A stretch of 64,000 nucleotides of DNA from Nageia nagi (taxonomy: Eukaryota; Plantae; Pinophyta): assembly GCA_050084985.1 (NCBI GenBank), contig JBITNC010000001.1, positions 105,710,001 through 105,774,000 of the forward strand, given 5' to 3'. This document shows positions 24,886 through 40,000 of the stretch, one piece after another. The stretch's first letter is position 1. Each line of letters begins with the position of its first letter. The notes under the pieces were generated by a model. That model made no database searches. It saw only the letters and a program-made list of their open reading frames with translations, and was not told the origin of the DNA. Both the position numbers and the translations under genes were made by a program.

Positions 24886-25060
24886 CCATGGGACATGCCA
24901 TCCTAGTTTGGATGATGTTCGGTCAACAACGTTGTTGGTAGTCAAAACAAAATGGTGGATCTATCATCCACAAAGGCTCACGCAATAAGTTGGAAACTTG
25001 GAAGTCAACAAGCAGTTGGAGCGGCGGGGACCACGAGGTGGGTCCAATGTTCAATGGAAT
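24880..25060. promoter_or_regulatory. CpG-retaining island with three W-box cores and paired TCP-type sites
   Basis: GGTCAA at 24921, AGTCAA at 24940 and 25003; GGACCAC at 25028 and GTGGGTCC at 25038; several intact CpGs in otherwise depleted DNA. Confidence 0.4.
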
Positions 25061-26029
25061 GAGACAAACACATACAGTAGTTTGCATTTTATCTATTACA
25101 CTTTCATATTGTCCATGATATTCATGTCATAGTTCAGGATGTTTATGATCTATTTTCAAGTACTGTCAACTCTTTCATGGTTTGTATTAGTCATAGTTAG
25201 ACTTAGTGTTGAAGTGATTCATTGTTTTTGGTATTTATAACAATTAATGAGTTATCTAAATTTAAATTCCATTTATTATTATGTAATCACAATTGCCAAC
25301 AACAATAATTTTTTTTCTATTTTAAAGTTTAATAGTTAAGATTATGATTGCTAAAGCATTAAGATAAGGATATTATTAATAAGAAAAGATCTTTTTCATA
25401 TTATCAAGTTTATTTAGGTGGATTCAACAAATAAAAAATATTATTCTTTGAAATGATATATAAACAAATGAGACAAAAAAAGAAGAATTCATCGACCTTG
25501 TATATAATCAACTAACTCCACATAAAGTGTTCAAGTTGCAAAATCCTACAAAGAAAGTGTCTTGATCATGAAGAGGGACCATTTTTTAATTAATTCTATA
25601 GAAACTTTAATACCACCCTTTAGGCAAACTACTATATTTGTAATGGAGAGCATTCCTTGGTTGGCTACCCTCTCAACTAATATTCAATTATTAGGTGTTC
25701 CCTTGAGAATGGGTAGAGTTATCATATGGGTAATTCATGATTTGGCCCTTAATTTTTTATGATAGATTCCTAATTAAACCATCCATGGTTTCTTACTAGA
25801 ACTCCCCAACTTTTTATCAAACGTTGTTGAAAGTTAATCTTAATGTAGTTCGAAGGACAATTTATAAATGTAAGTACACTAAAGACTTGTAATACCTTGA
25901 AATATATAACCTTTTACATCCTCAAAATAGCTAACTAATGTGCCATTGTATGTACTAACTTAGATAAAAATACAAAAAATATTTGATACCTAGTTAACAA
26001 AAAATATCCTAACAATATATTTCTAACAC

Positions 26030-26200
26030 TACCCTCTAATGAAAAATTGGATATCAATCCAAGCTTATGCCTAAACATGATAACCTTATCTCTATTGAGA
26101 AGTTTCTTCATTACATCAACAACTTGTTCATTTGTAGAATAATACTCAAGGCTATTTTTTTTATGCTTAGAAACCTACCAAATATAGTGATATTTTTTTT
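26030..26200 (-). mobile_element. Ty1/copia RNase H 3' end with PPT
   Basis: Minus strand LEYYSTNEQVVDVMKKLLNRDKVIMFRHKLGL followed by ttagagggtag-tgttag. Confidence 0.7.
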
Positions 26201-26599
26201 TCCTAAAATTGAAGAAATTGACATTCATAAAAAAAACCTAGATTTTTGAAAGGGTCTTTGTCCCTTGTACAAAATTGAGTCATTTACAATACATGTATGA
26301 TATATACTAAAATAGCATAAAGTATAGACCTATAGAAAATGTAATATAACTATGACCCATTGATTACAATAAAATGCAACACCTAATATGCATACATATA
26401 TCATACTAGATAACACATCTAAGGATAGAGAGTTGTGAATACAAACAAAATTCTAAATCTTTTAAATCTTCAAGTTTCCTTTGGTTTGTATGATCTGATC
26501 AGTTTTGAAAGAACAAGTATATAAGACTAAATTCTTAATTACCCAAGATCTCATGAAAGCTCTCTAAGACATCATCACAATAGCATAATTAACACAATG

Positions 26600-27048
26600 A
26601 TAACAATTTGACAAACTCATTAACATAAGTGATGCAAGTGATTATAGTGGTTCCTCTCACAATGGGAAGATTATTCCACTCTAATAATAGAATCCTTTAC
26701 TTCTCAAGATAACTTTTACAATGCTAAGAAGCTGTTCCTCTTTCCATCTCTCTACAAACTAATAGCATTTCTCTCCTACAAAGTTGAGTGAGTAAAAATG
26801 AGGGGAAGCCCTCTATTTATAGAAGAAATCCACACTTTGGGTCACCTTAATATCCAAGGTGCACACCAAGACCCAATAGATAAGCTTTCCCATTAATTTA
26901 AGGATAAGCTTGCCTTACAAGTGGGTTGTGTGTGAATCAAGTCTCCTTAATTCTTTATTCATTTAAGAGAATAATATTAGTAAGGTTACATTTCTTTCTA
27001 GATACATAAAATAGTATGCATTAAATAGTTTAACACTCCCTCTTAATG
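26600..27048 (-). repeat. LTR-like fragment with PPT from another LTR retrotransposon, inserted in the copia LTR
   Basis: taacactccctcttaatgc reads gcattaagagggag-tgtta on the minus strand; internal ctctatttatag TATA-like motif. Confidence 0.5.
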
Positions 27049-27061
27049 CAATATTGGGGTT

Positions 27062-27240
<179 letters not shown>

Positions 27241-30200
27241 TCCATAATAGATACAAGCAAAGATGAGAACTTAACATGAATCTAAACAAGGCTCAATACT
27301 TTACCATTTAATAATGGTTTATAATACAATCATTAATCACAATTGATTGCATTGTATAAAATATTCATTCAATAATAAGTTAACATGATGATCTTCCATG
27401 AGTTTCCCCACTCAAAGTAGGTAACCTATACTCTTAAGAAGAAACCTACAAGGTACAAGTAGCTCACAAACAAAATCAATCATATGCATCATATAAACAT
27501 TAATATCATCATACGATAGATGATTCAAGTAATACCTTTTATAAATTGATCAATGGTTCACTATAAGTCATCACAAAAATGACAAGCCAATACTCATAGT
27601 CACTTGTTTTCTAGAAAAATATGTGTTGATCAACCTCAAAGAATAGAGCATAAGAACATATGAGTTCCTCACATATGGATAACTAAATAATGCTAAAAAA
27701 TACATATTGGTTTCTCACATATGGATAATTGAAATAGTACTAGTAAAAGCCATCATATGCTCAAAAAATCTACAACTAGTTTCTCACATGAAGAAAACTA
27801 ACCACAAAGGTGTACAAAAGAGATCAACACTATAAAATTAGAAAATCATCCTAGGGATGAAGTTTTCATCACATAAATGAAGTTGATTAGAATTTAACCT
27901 TCAATCTTCCAATTGAGGGCAACTTCACTAACCCAATAGAATCCTTAAGCTTGCAGAATAAAGCTTCAGGAAGGGGCTTCATGAATAAGTCAATGGAGTT
28001 AAGGATCGATGGACAATATTGCAATTGTAGGATACCATCCAGGACCTTTAACATGAGTGAGCCTTCTCATACCCAATTTCTTTCAAAAGATGCCTCAACC
28101 AAATGGCTTTCTAGGTTGTGACTAACATGGTTCAATATTTTTCCTTTATGGTTGAGAGAGAAGTAGTAGGAAACTTCTTGGAATCCCAAGAGATAGTACC
28201 AAAACCAATGCTAAACATATAAGCAAAGGTTGATTTCTTTTCATCTTTATCTCCTCCATAGTTAGAATTTGAGTACCTTGAGAGAAAAAATTAGGGTAAC
28301 TTGGAATAATTGAGAGCAAGATCCTTTGTTCTCATAAAATACCTCAAGATTTGCTTAACAACATTGAGATGCTCAACATACCATTTTTGCATAAAGTATG
28401 TCATAAGATTTACTATAAAGATAATATATATCCTAGATAAAGTTAAATAAAGTATATTGCTAATTAATTTCCTATAAAACATCGCATTTGCCAATTGAGA
28501 GTTGAAGCTAAGAGAAAGAGTGATTCCATGAGAGATTGGGATAGCAACAAGTTTTGACTCCTCTATTCCAAACTTTTACAATATATTTAAGATATACTTA
28601 GATTAACTAAGGTAAGTACAATCCTTCTATTGGTAAACTTGCATTCCAAGGTAGTTATGTAAAAAACCAAGATCAATTATTTCAAATATTGCCTTAAATT
28701 TGGATATGTACTCTTGGATGATTTCATTATTATTTTTGTGATTAAAATATCATCCACATAAGGAATAATTAATATCAAGTCTTTTTCCTAATTGAGCACA
28801 TATAGATCTTAATCAAAAAAGCACTTGGAGAACCCAATATCCACAAAGTATCCTAAAAGCTTTTTGTACCAAACTCTAGGTGTTTGCTTAAGTCCATATA
28901 CAAACCTCTTTAGCTTGCATAGAAGGGATTATTTATCTTTCATAAAAAAGTTTTGATATGTGTTTTGGTATCACCTAGGGTTTTATTGTAAATGAACTAA
29001 AATCACATAAATATTTGCTATACAATTTATCTAAGCGAAATAACTCAAAGAGACATATATGAATGAGGGAATATCTTAGTGTAGTGATAGAATAATGAAA
29101 TTACATTGATGTTTAGATGTGAAATAAAGCTACATGTACTAAATAGAAAGGAATCAATTCAAAGATAAATACATGTGTGCCCCTACTTGTATCTATGTTG
29201 AGGATATGATGGAAAAATTTATCAAAGAATAATGATCTTGTTGTGCAAAGCCCAAGGCCAACTACAAAAGAAACACTAGCATAGATGTAGATCTCTCAAA
29301 CCTCAACATGGGGATGAATATCAATGCGAGCATGAATATTTTTGAAGAATTAGATTTTCCAATGAGGATTGATGATAATAGATGTGATGATAAGTCAAAT
29401 TGAGTATATTATTACAAAGTAAATAATAGATATTCGCTCAAGTGATAACAAGATTCTAGTCTCAATAGGTGGCATTTCAAAAAACCCAAGTGTAGGGTAT
29501 TGACTATTGAGATGTAATCTTGACATGCTTTCCTTAGGTTAGAGATACTTTCATTTGTATAAATCATGATTCACCATTTCAACCCTTAAATATTGGTTGA
29601 ATTCATTTCAATGTATCTAACATAAAATATAAGAACATAACCTAAGAAATATGTGATAATATACTAAAATATGAGTAAATGTGATTAAATGTATATCTAA
29701 AGTTGCACTTAAGTGGGACTATATTAAGGGGACCACTTTTATGTGTCAAAATATGCCCCCTTTGTAAGTATAATGAAATTGAATATTGAAATGATATTAT
29801 TCTTGCAAAGGAAGTAAATGTAAAGAGAGGAAAATTTGACACTTCTCTTGTTTAGTTGTTCAGATCATCAAGGATTTGATGATGTATATTACTCTCTCTT
29901 TGTCTTAGTTATGAGATGTAAAGGCTTGCATGTAGTAGAATCAACCAAGATCAAATAATGAAATCTAAAAATGAGAGGCACATACTTTCAAGAACATATA
30001 TGATTGTTAACTCATAAAAGGTATAACAATGAATAGTAAGAGAGAACAACATAGCATTTCATCAAATGATATAGCAATAATTGACATTTTATTGATAACA
30101 CTAAATATAGAAATACTCAATATTTTATTCTTAAATTCATACATAAGAATTCATGATAAAGATGTGTCCACATTGTCATGGGATGCATGACACATTCCTA

Positions 30201-31536
30201 GATGGAACACATGCAAACAAAATCATATATGTTAACATCATCATGACATACATGCCCCATTATTAGATGTAACATAAGAATCAAGAAGGATAACATGGTG
30301 ACAGTTAGTTGAGACCTAATTGACAAAGGTGACTCAAAGACATGGTTGGTTTGAATATTTATGAACCATGTTATATGGTATGTCATTCATTTTCATGAGG
30401 TACATGACCCATTCTTAGATGTGATTTATGAGTGATGGTTAGTTGAGACCCAACCAACAAAGGTGACTCGGTGATGATTAGTTTGTAGCCTCAAGGGTGT
30501 AACCAATAACTTTTAAGAAGAATTTTGATTGATGTGAATCTTTGAAAAGTTTCCACATCCTTCAATTTGTATTACTTATTCTCAAAAGTTGTTCCACCAA
30601 ATTGATGAAAATTGCTTAAGCACCTTTCATAAAATCCAATCATATTATTGATTTTTTATAATGCTTAATAAATATGTCACCTAGATCACTTGAATTCAAA
30701 TATATATTGTAGAGATACTATCATGTATATGATGCATGGGCATTCATCATGTGAATATGGTTGGTGGATACTAAAGGATCAAATCTAATACTAGAGTATG
30801 CAATCATAGGATGCTATTGAGATGTTGTATCTACATTTATCCTAGAGAAAGTGAGATATAGGAATTAGTATGCATAATTCATCATTCCATGTGAATTATG
30901 AGTGAGGGGAGAAGTACTTGGTGTAAACATAGATGTAGACATAGCATGTAAGAACTCTCAACTTGTATAATTATAGGAGAATAGAAGAATATAAGATGGA
31001 TTTTAATTCCAAGGGAAAACAAACATGGTAGTAGATAAGATTCTCTAGGTGAAGATAGGTTGGAGGATTAGGTAAAGATAGTTAGGAGGATTGCCAATTA
31101 TTAACAAGGATTTTAAGGGATCTAAGATGTTGAGGAAAGTTAAGTAAGTGTATTCAAGGAGGGGTTAGGGTTAGGAAAGTTTGTCATGATCCCTTATAAG
31201 GGCTTTATGCAGGTATTTTCATTTTGGATTCTATAATTTCATCTTTATACATCTTATGTGATAATAATTATCAAATAAGAGGAAGAGCAAGGAACATTAG
31301 AGGAAGCATGTAGGAAAAATTAAAGAGAGAGCTCAAATTTATTTCATATCTAATGTAAGATGAAGAGATATGGATTTGAATATTATAGAACATCATGAAA
31401 GAAAATTGAGAAGAGGGAGCTACAAATTGGTAAGAGGAAATTTCTTATATCAATGCATACTATTATTGCATATTGTGATATCGAAATTGATGAAGACATG
31501 TTCACTACTTCATTTATATCTTGGAAAATGTGTGGT

Positions 31537-31897
31537 TGTTATGAATATTGCAAAAATGAAATGAATATTGATTTGAAATAGGAAAATGAAAACTATCTAT
31601 TGGAAATAACAAAGCATGTGCTAGTAAATAGAACATGAAATAGCATCAATAAGTAGATAAGGATAGGATTTTCTTAAATAGTAATAGAATCATAGGCTGC
31701 TTCGAGGGGGCTACCTCCTTACAACTCCAAAGATAAAAAATAATGTCCAAGATGCATTTTTTGACACAATTCTATCTATTTATATTAAACTAACCCTAAC
31801 CCTAATAGTAATGCAAAATCAAGCCTTGCCCTTACAATCACAATATTACGATTTATAACATAGGTCAATAATTTAATAAAATACTAATACTAACACT
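31537..31897 (-). repeat. 3' LTR of the Reina-like element
   Basis: Colinear with 36671-37056 (aatattgatttgaaataggaaaatga; cttcgagggggctacctcctta). Confidence 0.92.
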
Positions 31898-34800
31898 AAG
31901 GATTTTTGGCGATAAGTTTGTAGCCTCAAAAAGACCATGTCATCTACCTAGAACTCTCTTTCCACATGTTGCTAATCAACTTGTTGTTTCATATAGTGTT
32001 GGGCTATCTGAAGGTTATCCTTGAGCAAATGAAGAATATCATCTCGAGTAACTAAAGTTGAGTCAACTACCTAAACTTTACTAGTACTTACAACATATGA
32101 GGTGACTGTTGGTGGAGCTTGACCATACACTGGTAGTAGAATGATAAGATGTATTATACCATCACTCAACCAAGGGAAACCATCATACCCAATGCATAGG
32201 TTGTGCAAAAGCAAAATAACATAAATATGTTTCCAAGCATTTGTTGATAATTTTAATCTAACCATCAATTTGTGGGTGATATGCTGAGCTCATGTTTATT
32301 TGGGTACCTTGTAGTTTAAAAAGATCTTACCAAAAATGAATTGTAAAAGTGGGATCATGATCATTGAAAATCATCTCTAGCATGCCACGTAGTTTGGAAA
32401 TTGTATCCAAGAATAATTATGCCACTATCATTGCTTTATGGGGATGAGCCAATGAACCAAAATAAGCATATTTGGATAACTAATCAACCACCACTAGAAT
32501 AACTTATTTACCATGAGATTTAGGAAGGCCTTCAATGAAATCCATTGAGATATCGATCCATGTACGGGTAGGTATGGGAAGAGGTTAAAGGAGTCTTGAA
32601 GTACCCACTATCTCACCCTTTTGTCATTGACACACATCACAAGCTACCACAAACTACTTCATATCCAATGTCATACCTATCTAATAGAATGACCATGCCA
32701 CTCATTTATAAGTTTACAAAAATCCTTCATGTCCTAATGTAGGTGTGGAATGCAATTTGGAAAGTATTTCTAATTTACATTTTGAAGGAGATGGTAATAA
32801 AATTCAACCTTTGAATCTCAGAATACCATCATGCCATGTATGGTGTGGTTTACTCATGGGGTCTTGAGTGATCTATTTTAGCAATTCTTGCATGGAGCTA
32901 TCCTCTACCCACTCTTGTTTAACTTTATCCAACCATTAAGGTATAGGATATGAATGAGCTTGCAGTGCTACTTGATCTCTATATTTTTTGGACAAAGCAT
33001 TGGTAACACATTCTCCTTATCTTTATGGTATATTATCTCATAATCATACCCCAATAGTTTGGTCACCCATTTTTGTTGCTTAGGTGTAAAAATACATTGC
33101 TTAATAAAAAATTTCAAAATGTGATGATTTGTGAGGATGATGAAATGACAACTAATGAGATATGGTCTCCAATGTTGAACTACGTGAATGATGGTAAGCA
33201 TTTCTTTTTCATCAGTGGATTTACCCAATTTTTTTTTGGAGAGTGCTCTACTAGTGAATGCCAAGGGATGCTCCTCCTGCATTAATACTACCCCAATTCC
33301 TACTCCACAAGCATCACTTTCTATCACAAAGGTTTTAGAAAAATCTAGCATTGCTAATATCGAGGTGGTACACATCACCTCCTTGAGCTTAAGGAAAGCT
33401 ACCTTAGCTTGAGGGGACAATTGGAATGCATTCTTTTTCAACAACATGGTTAGAGGTGCTACAATCTTGACATAATCATTCGCAAATTTCCTATAATAAC
33501 TTGTAAACCCCAAGAATCTTCAGAGACTTTTCAAAGATGTAGGAATAGACTAGTTTTGCATGTTAGTAATCTTTTGTGGATCCACCTTAACTCCCTCTTC
33601 AAATATAACATGGCCTAAGTAGTCAATTTTCCTCTTGTTGAATGAACATTTTGATTTTTTTGCATATAGCTGGTGTTTCTTCAAAATTTGTAAGGTTGGT
33701 CAACATGTGCCACATGTTCTTGCCATATCTTACTATAGATTAAGATGTCATCAAAGAAAACTAAAATGAACTTCCTGAGGAATGGAAAAAACACCTGATT
33801 CATTAAACTTTGAAATGTGTATGGAGCATTTTTGAGGCCAAAAGGCATGACGAAGAACTCATAATGGCCCTCATGGGTGTGAAATGCAATTTTTGATATA
33901 TCCTCCTTCTTGAGTTAGATTTGTTGATACCCAAATCATAGGTCTAGCTTGGAAAAATATCTTACCCCATGCAGTTCATCCAATAATTCATCAATGATTG
34001 GGATGGGGAATTTATCCTTGATGGTGATTTTGTTGAGGGCCCTAAAATCCACACACATATGCTAGGAACCATCTTTCTTATGAACCAATATAATTGGAGA
34101 AGAATATGGGCTTACGCTAGGTCAAATTACTCCTGCATCCAATAATTTCTTAACCAATTTTTCAATTTCATTTTTCTATAAACAAGGATATCGATAAGGA
34201 TGAATGCTTATTGGGTGACTTCTCAAAACCAACTGGATAGCATGATCTTGTGATCATTGGGGTGGTAAGCCCCTTGGTTTCTTAAAGGTACTTGAATGCT
34301 TACTTAAGATGGGCTACAGATCCTTAGGCTCTTTGATTTCAAATTTAATGATTGATAGAGTATAATTGTGCTAGCATCCCTTTTTCAATTTTTCATAGGA
34401 TCTTTTCCATGCAATGTGAGCTCACAATTCATATAGATCCACCCCGTAATCACTTGAGAGTATGGTCTTGTTCATCTATTTTGAGGGTCGTCCATATCTC
34501 TACAAAATTCCATTATATAATACCGAAAGTCCTTAGCCTTTATACCCCCAAAACTATATCACATCCCCAAGTGGTAAAGCATACATGTCACTTTTCAAAG
34601 TATAGTGGTCAATGCTCAGTTTGACATTGTGACACATGCCTTTACATGCTATTTTTCCTCCATTACCAACCATAACCCCAAAATTATTTGTAGGGTGGAT
34701 GTAATAGTCAGCAACCTTAGTCACTCATGGATCAATGAAATTATGAGTACTTCTTTAATCCAATAATATTATGAGAGGGTGCTTTTTAAGAAACCCTTTG

Positions 34801-36656
34801 ACCTTCATTGTTTGAGGGGTGGTAATTCCTACCAATGCATTGTAAGAGATAACTAGGGCCTCCTCATCTAGAATTTCCTTTGTAGCCTCTTCAGGTGCAC
34901 TCTCATATTCCTCCTTACTATGAACATCAACATCAAGCAAATGTAACTTTTGTTGCATACAATGATGACCATGAACAAATGTTTCATCATAATTATAGCA
35001 AAAGCCCTTCTTTCAATGCTCTTCCATTTCTTCCCACATCAACTTCTTAGTTTGTATTGTGCAATTTGGTGGTGGGGTACTTGTGTTATTAGAGTAATGG
35101 GAAATATTATGTGTTTTGGTGAATGGAGGTCTTGCATTTCATCGATGAGTATTGGCTTTATCTTCAATAAGCTTTGCCAAGGTAATAGCATCCATCATAG
35201 TTTTGGGATTAAACATTTTGACCTCTGGTTTAATTTCTTCCTTTAAGCCATTAATAAAACAACTTGTGAAAATGCATCATCCAACCTCTTTGTGTGATTT
35301 TCCAATTTATCAAACTAATTTTGGTATTCTTTGACTATTGTAGTTTGATGTAACTTGGTCAATGCCCCTGTGAAGTCTTTATAGTCACTAGAACCAAAAT
35401 AGATCAATAATTATTGAGTGAATTCATCCCATGAAGGAGAAAGATGCATTTTTGAGTAACATTGGTGCCATTAGAGAGCCTCATATTCCAAATGAAAAGA
35501 TGCCATATACACCTTCAAATCCTTTAGGATTTTGTTCAATGTGAAATACTATCTAGCTTTATAAATCTAGCTAGTGGGATTATCTCCATCAAATTGAGAA
35601 AAATCCAATTTGGTTGTGTGGGGAAGAATGAAACCACCTTGTTGTATTTGAAAGTTATGATGATACCCTTATGGATTTCCTAACTACACTAATTGCTGTG
35701 AGCTAGATGCATTGTTGGTATGATTGAGACTTAGTTGAACACTATCACATTTACTATTAAGGGCTTGTATTTGTGTTTGTATTTATTGAATTTATACTTT
35801 GAATGTATTAGTAAGTTTATCTACCATTTGTTAGATCATAGTTTGAAATTTCATCATGGTAGGATCAGCTTGTGCTACTATTTGAGATCTTATTTCAAGT
35901 GCCATTTTTGAAAATTTCTATTTCTAAAGTTGATATTTCTGGAAACTATTATTTTTAGAAAGTGCCCAAAAAAGTGTATAGGTGTAATATATCAAAATGA
36001 TCAGCTCAAAAAGATGATCACAATGGGATAAGTCTCTTGATGATGATTTTTGGAATCTCAAACTCTTTTTTTATGTCTATGGGTCTATTTGCTTTTATTA
36101 AAAACTGCTAAAATGGTACATATTTTTAGTTATTTAGCTCTAAAGTTTTTGTTACCTTTGAACTGCTATTTTTGGTGGCTCTAAAAAATTACATGTCATA
36201 CATTCTACTTCTTAAATCAACATTTTTTGTGTGAAGGAATGATTCTAGGGTAAGGATTATCTACTCTATAGGCTTATCTAAAACCCCTCCTATCTAACTT
36301 TCGTAAGGAAAGAGGTTATAGAGATGGCTTTTGTGACAAGTAACTTTCTAGTGGCACTTGTTGGTGCACTAAAGTTTATAGATGATTGACACAACTTCCT
36401 ATATAGTTTTCATTTATAGCCTAGATAGTCTTTTATATACCTTTTAGTACATGGAGTCCAATTTTGTGTAGGGTTCTATCTGAGACCTAGGTATTGGTGC
36501 AAAGTTTTTTGCACCTCACTTCACACACAACTTTATGGGCAAGTGTGCTTAGCCAAAAATGATAGATCCTCTTGGATATTTTAAAACCTATGGTATGGGG
36601 TTTCTAGCTTAGACCTCTAAGATTTTTTTTTCTACAGTAGAATGGCCCTAAAAAGA

Positions 36657-37056
36657 GCTCTAATACTAGATGTTATGATGCTATAAATACAAAAAGGAAA
36701 ATATTACAAAAATGAAACAAATATTGATTTGAAATAGGAAAATGATAACTATCTATTAGAAATAACAGAGCATGCATTGGTAAATAGAACATGAAATAGC
36801 ATCAATAAGTAGATAAAGATAGGATTTTACTAAATAGTAATAGAATCATAGGCCACTTCGAGGGGGCTACCTCCTTATAACTCCAAAGGTAAAAAATAAT
36901 GTTCGATATGCATTTCTCCACACACTTCTATCTATTTATATTAAACTAAACCTAACCCTAATAGTAATGCAAAATCAGGCCCCATCCTTACAATCACAAT
37001 ATTACGGTTTACAACATAGGTTGATAATTTAATAAAATACTAATGCTAACACTAAA
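36657..37056 (-). repeat. PBS (36657-36668) and 5' LTR (36671-37056) of the Reina-like element
   Basis: LTR terminus tgttatga; adjacent minus-strand TAGTATTAGAGC is the tRNA-iMet PBS TGGTATCAGAGC with two transitions. Confidence 0.9.
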
Positions 37057-40000
37057 ATGTTAGAATTTGGGATCCTAAAAGTGGTTGATTTATATTGTTT
37101 CCACCTTCTAGATAACTTTTAGATTGAATTCTTTGAGGAGATGAATGAGAATGTTGAATATATAATCTACTATACAAATAGTTCCAACATTTTTATCTTA
37201 AATAATTGGCATAGTTAGGCTCAAAAATGTCTAGATTCCTAGTTTTTTTTTGGAATATATTTTAAATTCTTGATTTATAGTTGAACTTGTTGACCCTTTT
37301 CCAAATCAAGAAATAAATATATTTCATCCAAACATGTAATGGTAAGGTTGAAATAAGGTACAACTCCAAGAATAATATTATGATGATTAGTTAGGAAAAT
37401 GAGAGATTATTAAAATTGGAGGAATCATCTCTAAGATAAAAATATTTTAGGTACCTCACTCTATGAGGTACAATATTATGAAGCCTCATATGGTATTAAT
37501 GATTTATGAATATTAAGTACAATAGCCTTTGCATGTTGAAGAAGGATGGTGTATCAATTTTACCCATGTTACCTTGGAATCTAGAATAATGTGAGGCTTG
37601 TATTTTTGGTAAGCATCACAAAAGAACATTTCAAGAAATTTCAAAAATAGCATAAATTAAATTATAATTGATTCATTTAAACTTATGTGGTACCATGCTT
37701 ATTACCTCAACAAATGGTAATAAATATATCATGAACTTTATTAATGACTATACAAAGATGACATGCATTTACTTGTTAAACAAGTAAGTTTTAATTGTTT
37801 GAAATTTTTCATAGTTTTCATATATAGGTTGAAAATTAAATGAAATCCTATATTAGTATCCTTTTAATTAACAATGAAGGGTAGTAAAATTAAAATACAT
37901 TTGAGAGTTATCATTTCCAATATGGGAGAAAATATCACGTAATTATCCAATATAATCCATAGTAAAATGATGTATAAAAAATGATGAATAGGAAATTCAT
38001 GAACATATACATATGTAATAATGCTTTAAAAATTTGAAGTAAAGCTCATGTTTTGGGGTGATTTAGTTTTGTATATTTTGTACCTTAGAAGTATATGTCC
38101 ATCTAATTCTCTAAATAATAAGTTTGCTTTTGAGATATGGTATGTACACATTCCTTAGATGAAGTATATTAGGATTTTTGGTTCCACCTACGATGCTTTG
38201 CTTCCTAAGGATCAATGATGCCAAGAGTAAAAAAATACATCTTTTTAGGATACTCAAATATTTCAAAAGTATATTATCTCTATGAATAAGTGCATGGTAA
38301 GTTCATCATTTTAGGAGATATCATCTTTAGTGATACTTGTAAGGATGAAACTACTATTGAACATCTTTTGGATCATCTTAACAAATTTACAAAAGTAAAC
38401 ATATATGATGAGATTCCAAAACTTGAGGGAGGGATACTGGAAATTAACTTTTGGAATCTACACCTCATGTTTCTAAAGGAAACACCTCATGATAAGTGGA
38501 TTCATAGAATTACTTAATGCATAAAGTTGAGATGATAGATCTTCATAAGTTGGATGATGTTATTGATAGGATTTTAAGGTTGACTATTGATGGATTTGAG
38601 CAACCAACACAATCCTAATATCAACCTAGATCATCATAAACAATTCTTAAATAGGTCATGAGAATATCTGATACTGTTCATCTTGATAAAATGGGAAAAG
38701 CAAGAACTAGGAGTTTTTACATATATAAATATAAAGAAACACAAGAAGAATATTTTGAATATGAAGAAGTGGGTGATATATCTAATATGGAGTGTTCATA
38801 TGATTATGAATTAAATTTGGAAAAAGATATAGAATCAATTTCATGTGAATAAATAACTCAAAATGTATGAAGGAATGTGATGAATAAGGAATATGATGCA
38901 CTCCTAAAAATTTGAACATGGAAGTTGATTGATCCTCCACAAAAAATCAAACCAAATGGTTGCATATGATTCTATAAAATCAATTACAAATAAAATGTCT
39001 ACTTGCAAAATAAAAAATTAGGCTTGTAGCAAATGGATTTTCTTAAAAAGAAGGAATTGAATATGAGAAGGCCTTTGTTTATATGAAAATGGGCACCAAT
39101 TCATGGTATGTTAGTTTTGTCAACTTAGTATGGATGGAAGATTCATCAAATAGACATAGATTATAACTTTCTTGATTAGTGATATAAATTAAGGAGAATG
39201 TGTTCATCAGTCAACTTGAAAGTTTTTCCATAAAAGGAAGAGAACATAAAATATGTAAACTCATCAAGTAATTTAATGGACTTATTATGCTCCTCATTCA
39301 TGGTATGAAAAATTGATTCAGAAAATTTTGAAAATCAAGTTTAAAAACTTTAGTCTTAATGATGCAACACTTTTTTTCAAAAAAGTTGATAAAATTATTG
39401 TATATAAAAAGGTAAAAGTAAAAATTTAACATCATTTAACCCTATTAGGTTCTAGGTCCTATCAAGAGTTTAAAATATAACAAATATCATGATTGGAAGT
39501 GGAACGTAAAACCTTCCATGTGGGTATCTTCACACATCACTTATTCCCACTCCCTCATCAAGAGGTGATATTTAGTTATGTATATTGATGATATTTTCAT
39601 ACCATATAATAATTAAAACTATATTTTTTTAGGAAATTAAAAATCAAAGAGAGCTTTGAACTGATATATATGGATTATCATCCCTAGTATTTGGGAGTTG
39701 AAGTTGCTCAAATACTAAAATACATCTTCAGTTCTCAACACAAGTGCATTGGACAACTATTGAGTAGATTTGGGATGATGGATTGTAAATCACTTTGTAT
39801 TCTAATGGAAAAAAATTTGAAGTGGAAATCCATATAAGGATATCAATTTGAGGAATCTACAAGGTACACATAACTTGTTAGAAGTCTTATTTACCATTTG
39901 CAGTTGGATTTATTTCTCAATATTTACAAAAATCATGTGAAGGATATTGGGTAGAAACAAAGTGAATTATTTGATATTTTAAGGGAACATAAAATATTGG

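Larger units (their letters stand above)
31537..37056 (-). mobile_element. Ty3/gypsy chromovirus (Reina-like), near full length and degenerate, with two LTRs
   Basis: gag KLDFSQFDGDNP and CYN.DE.FVHGHHC; protease ILLD*RSTHNFID; [12 protein letters not shown]; RH VIESDACGVGIGVVLMQ; INT WIDISMDFIEGLP. Integrase end, chromodomain and PPT appear deleted. Confidence 0.93.

Noticed and set aside
28957-31200. LTR/gag-like fragments with a short internal duplication (~30295 and ~30430)
   Set aside because: Probably TE debris, but I could not assign a family or boundaries.
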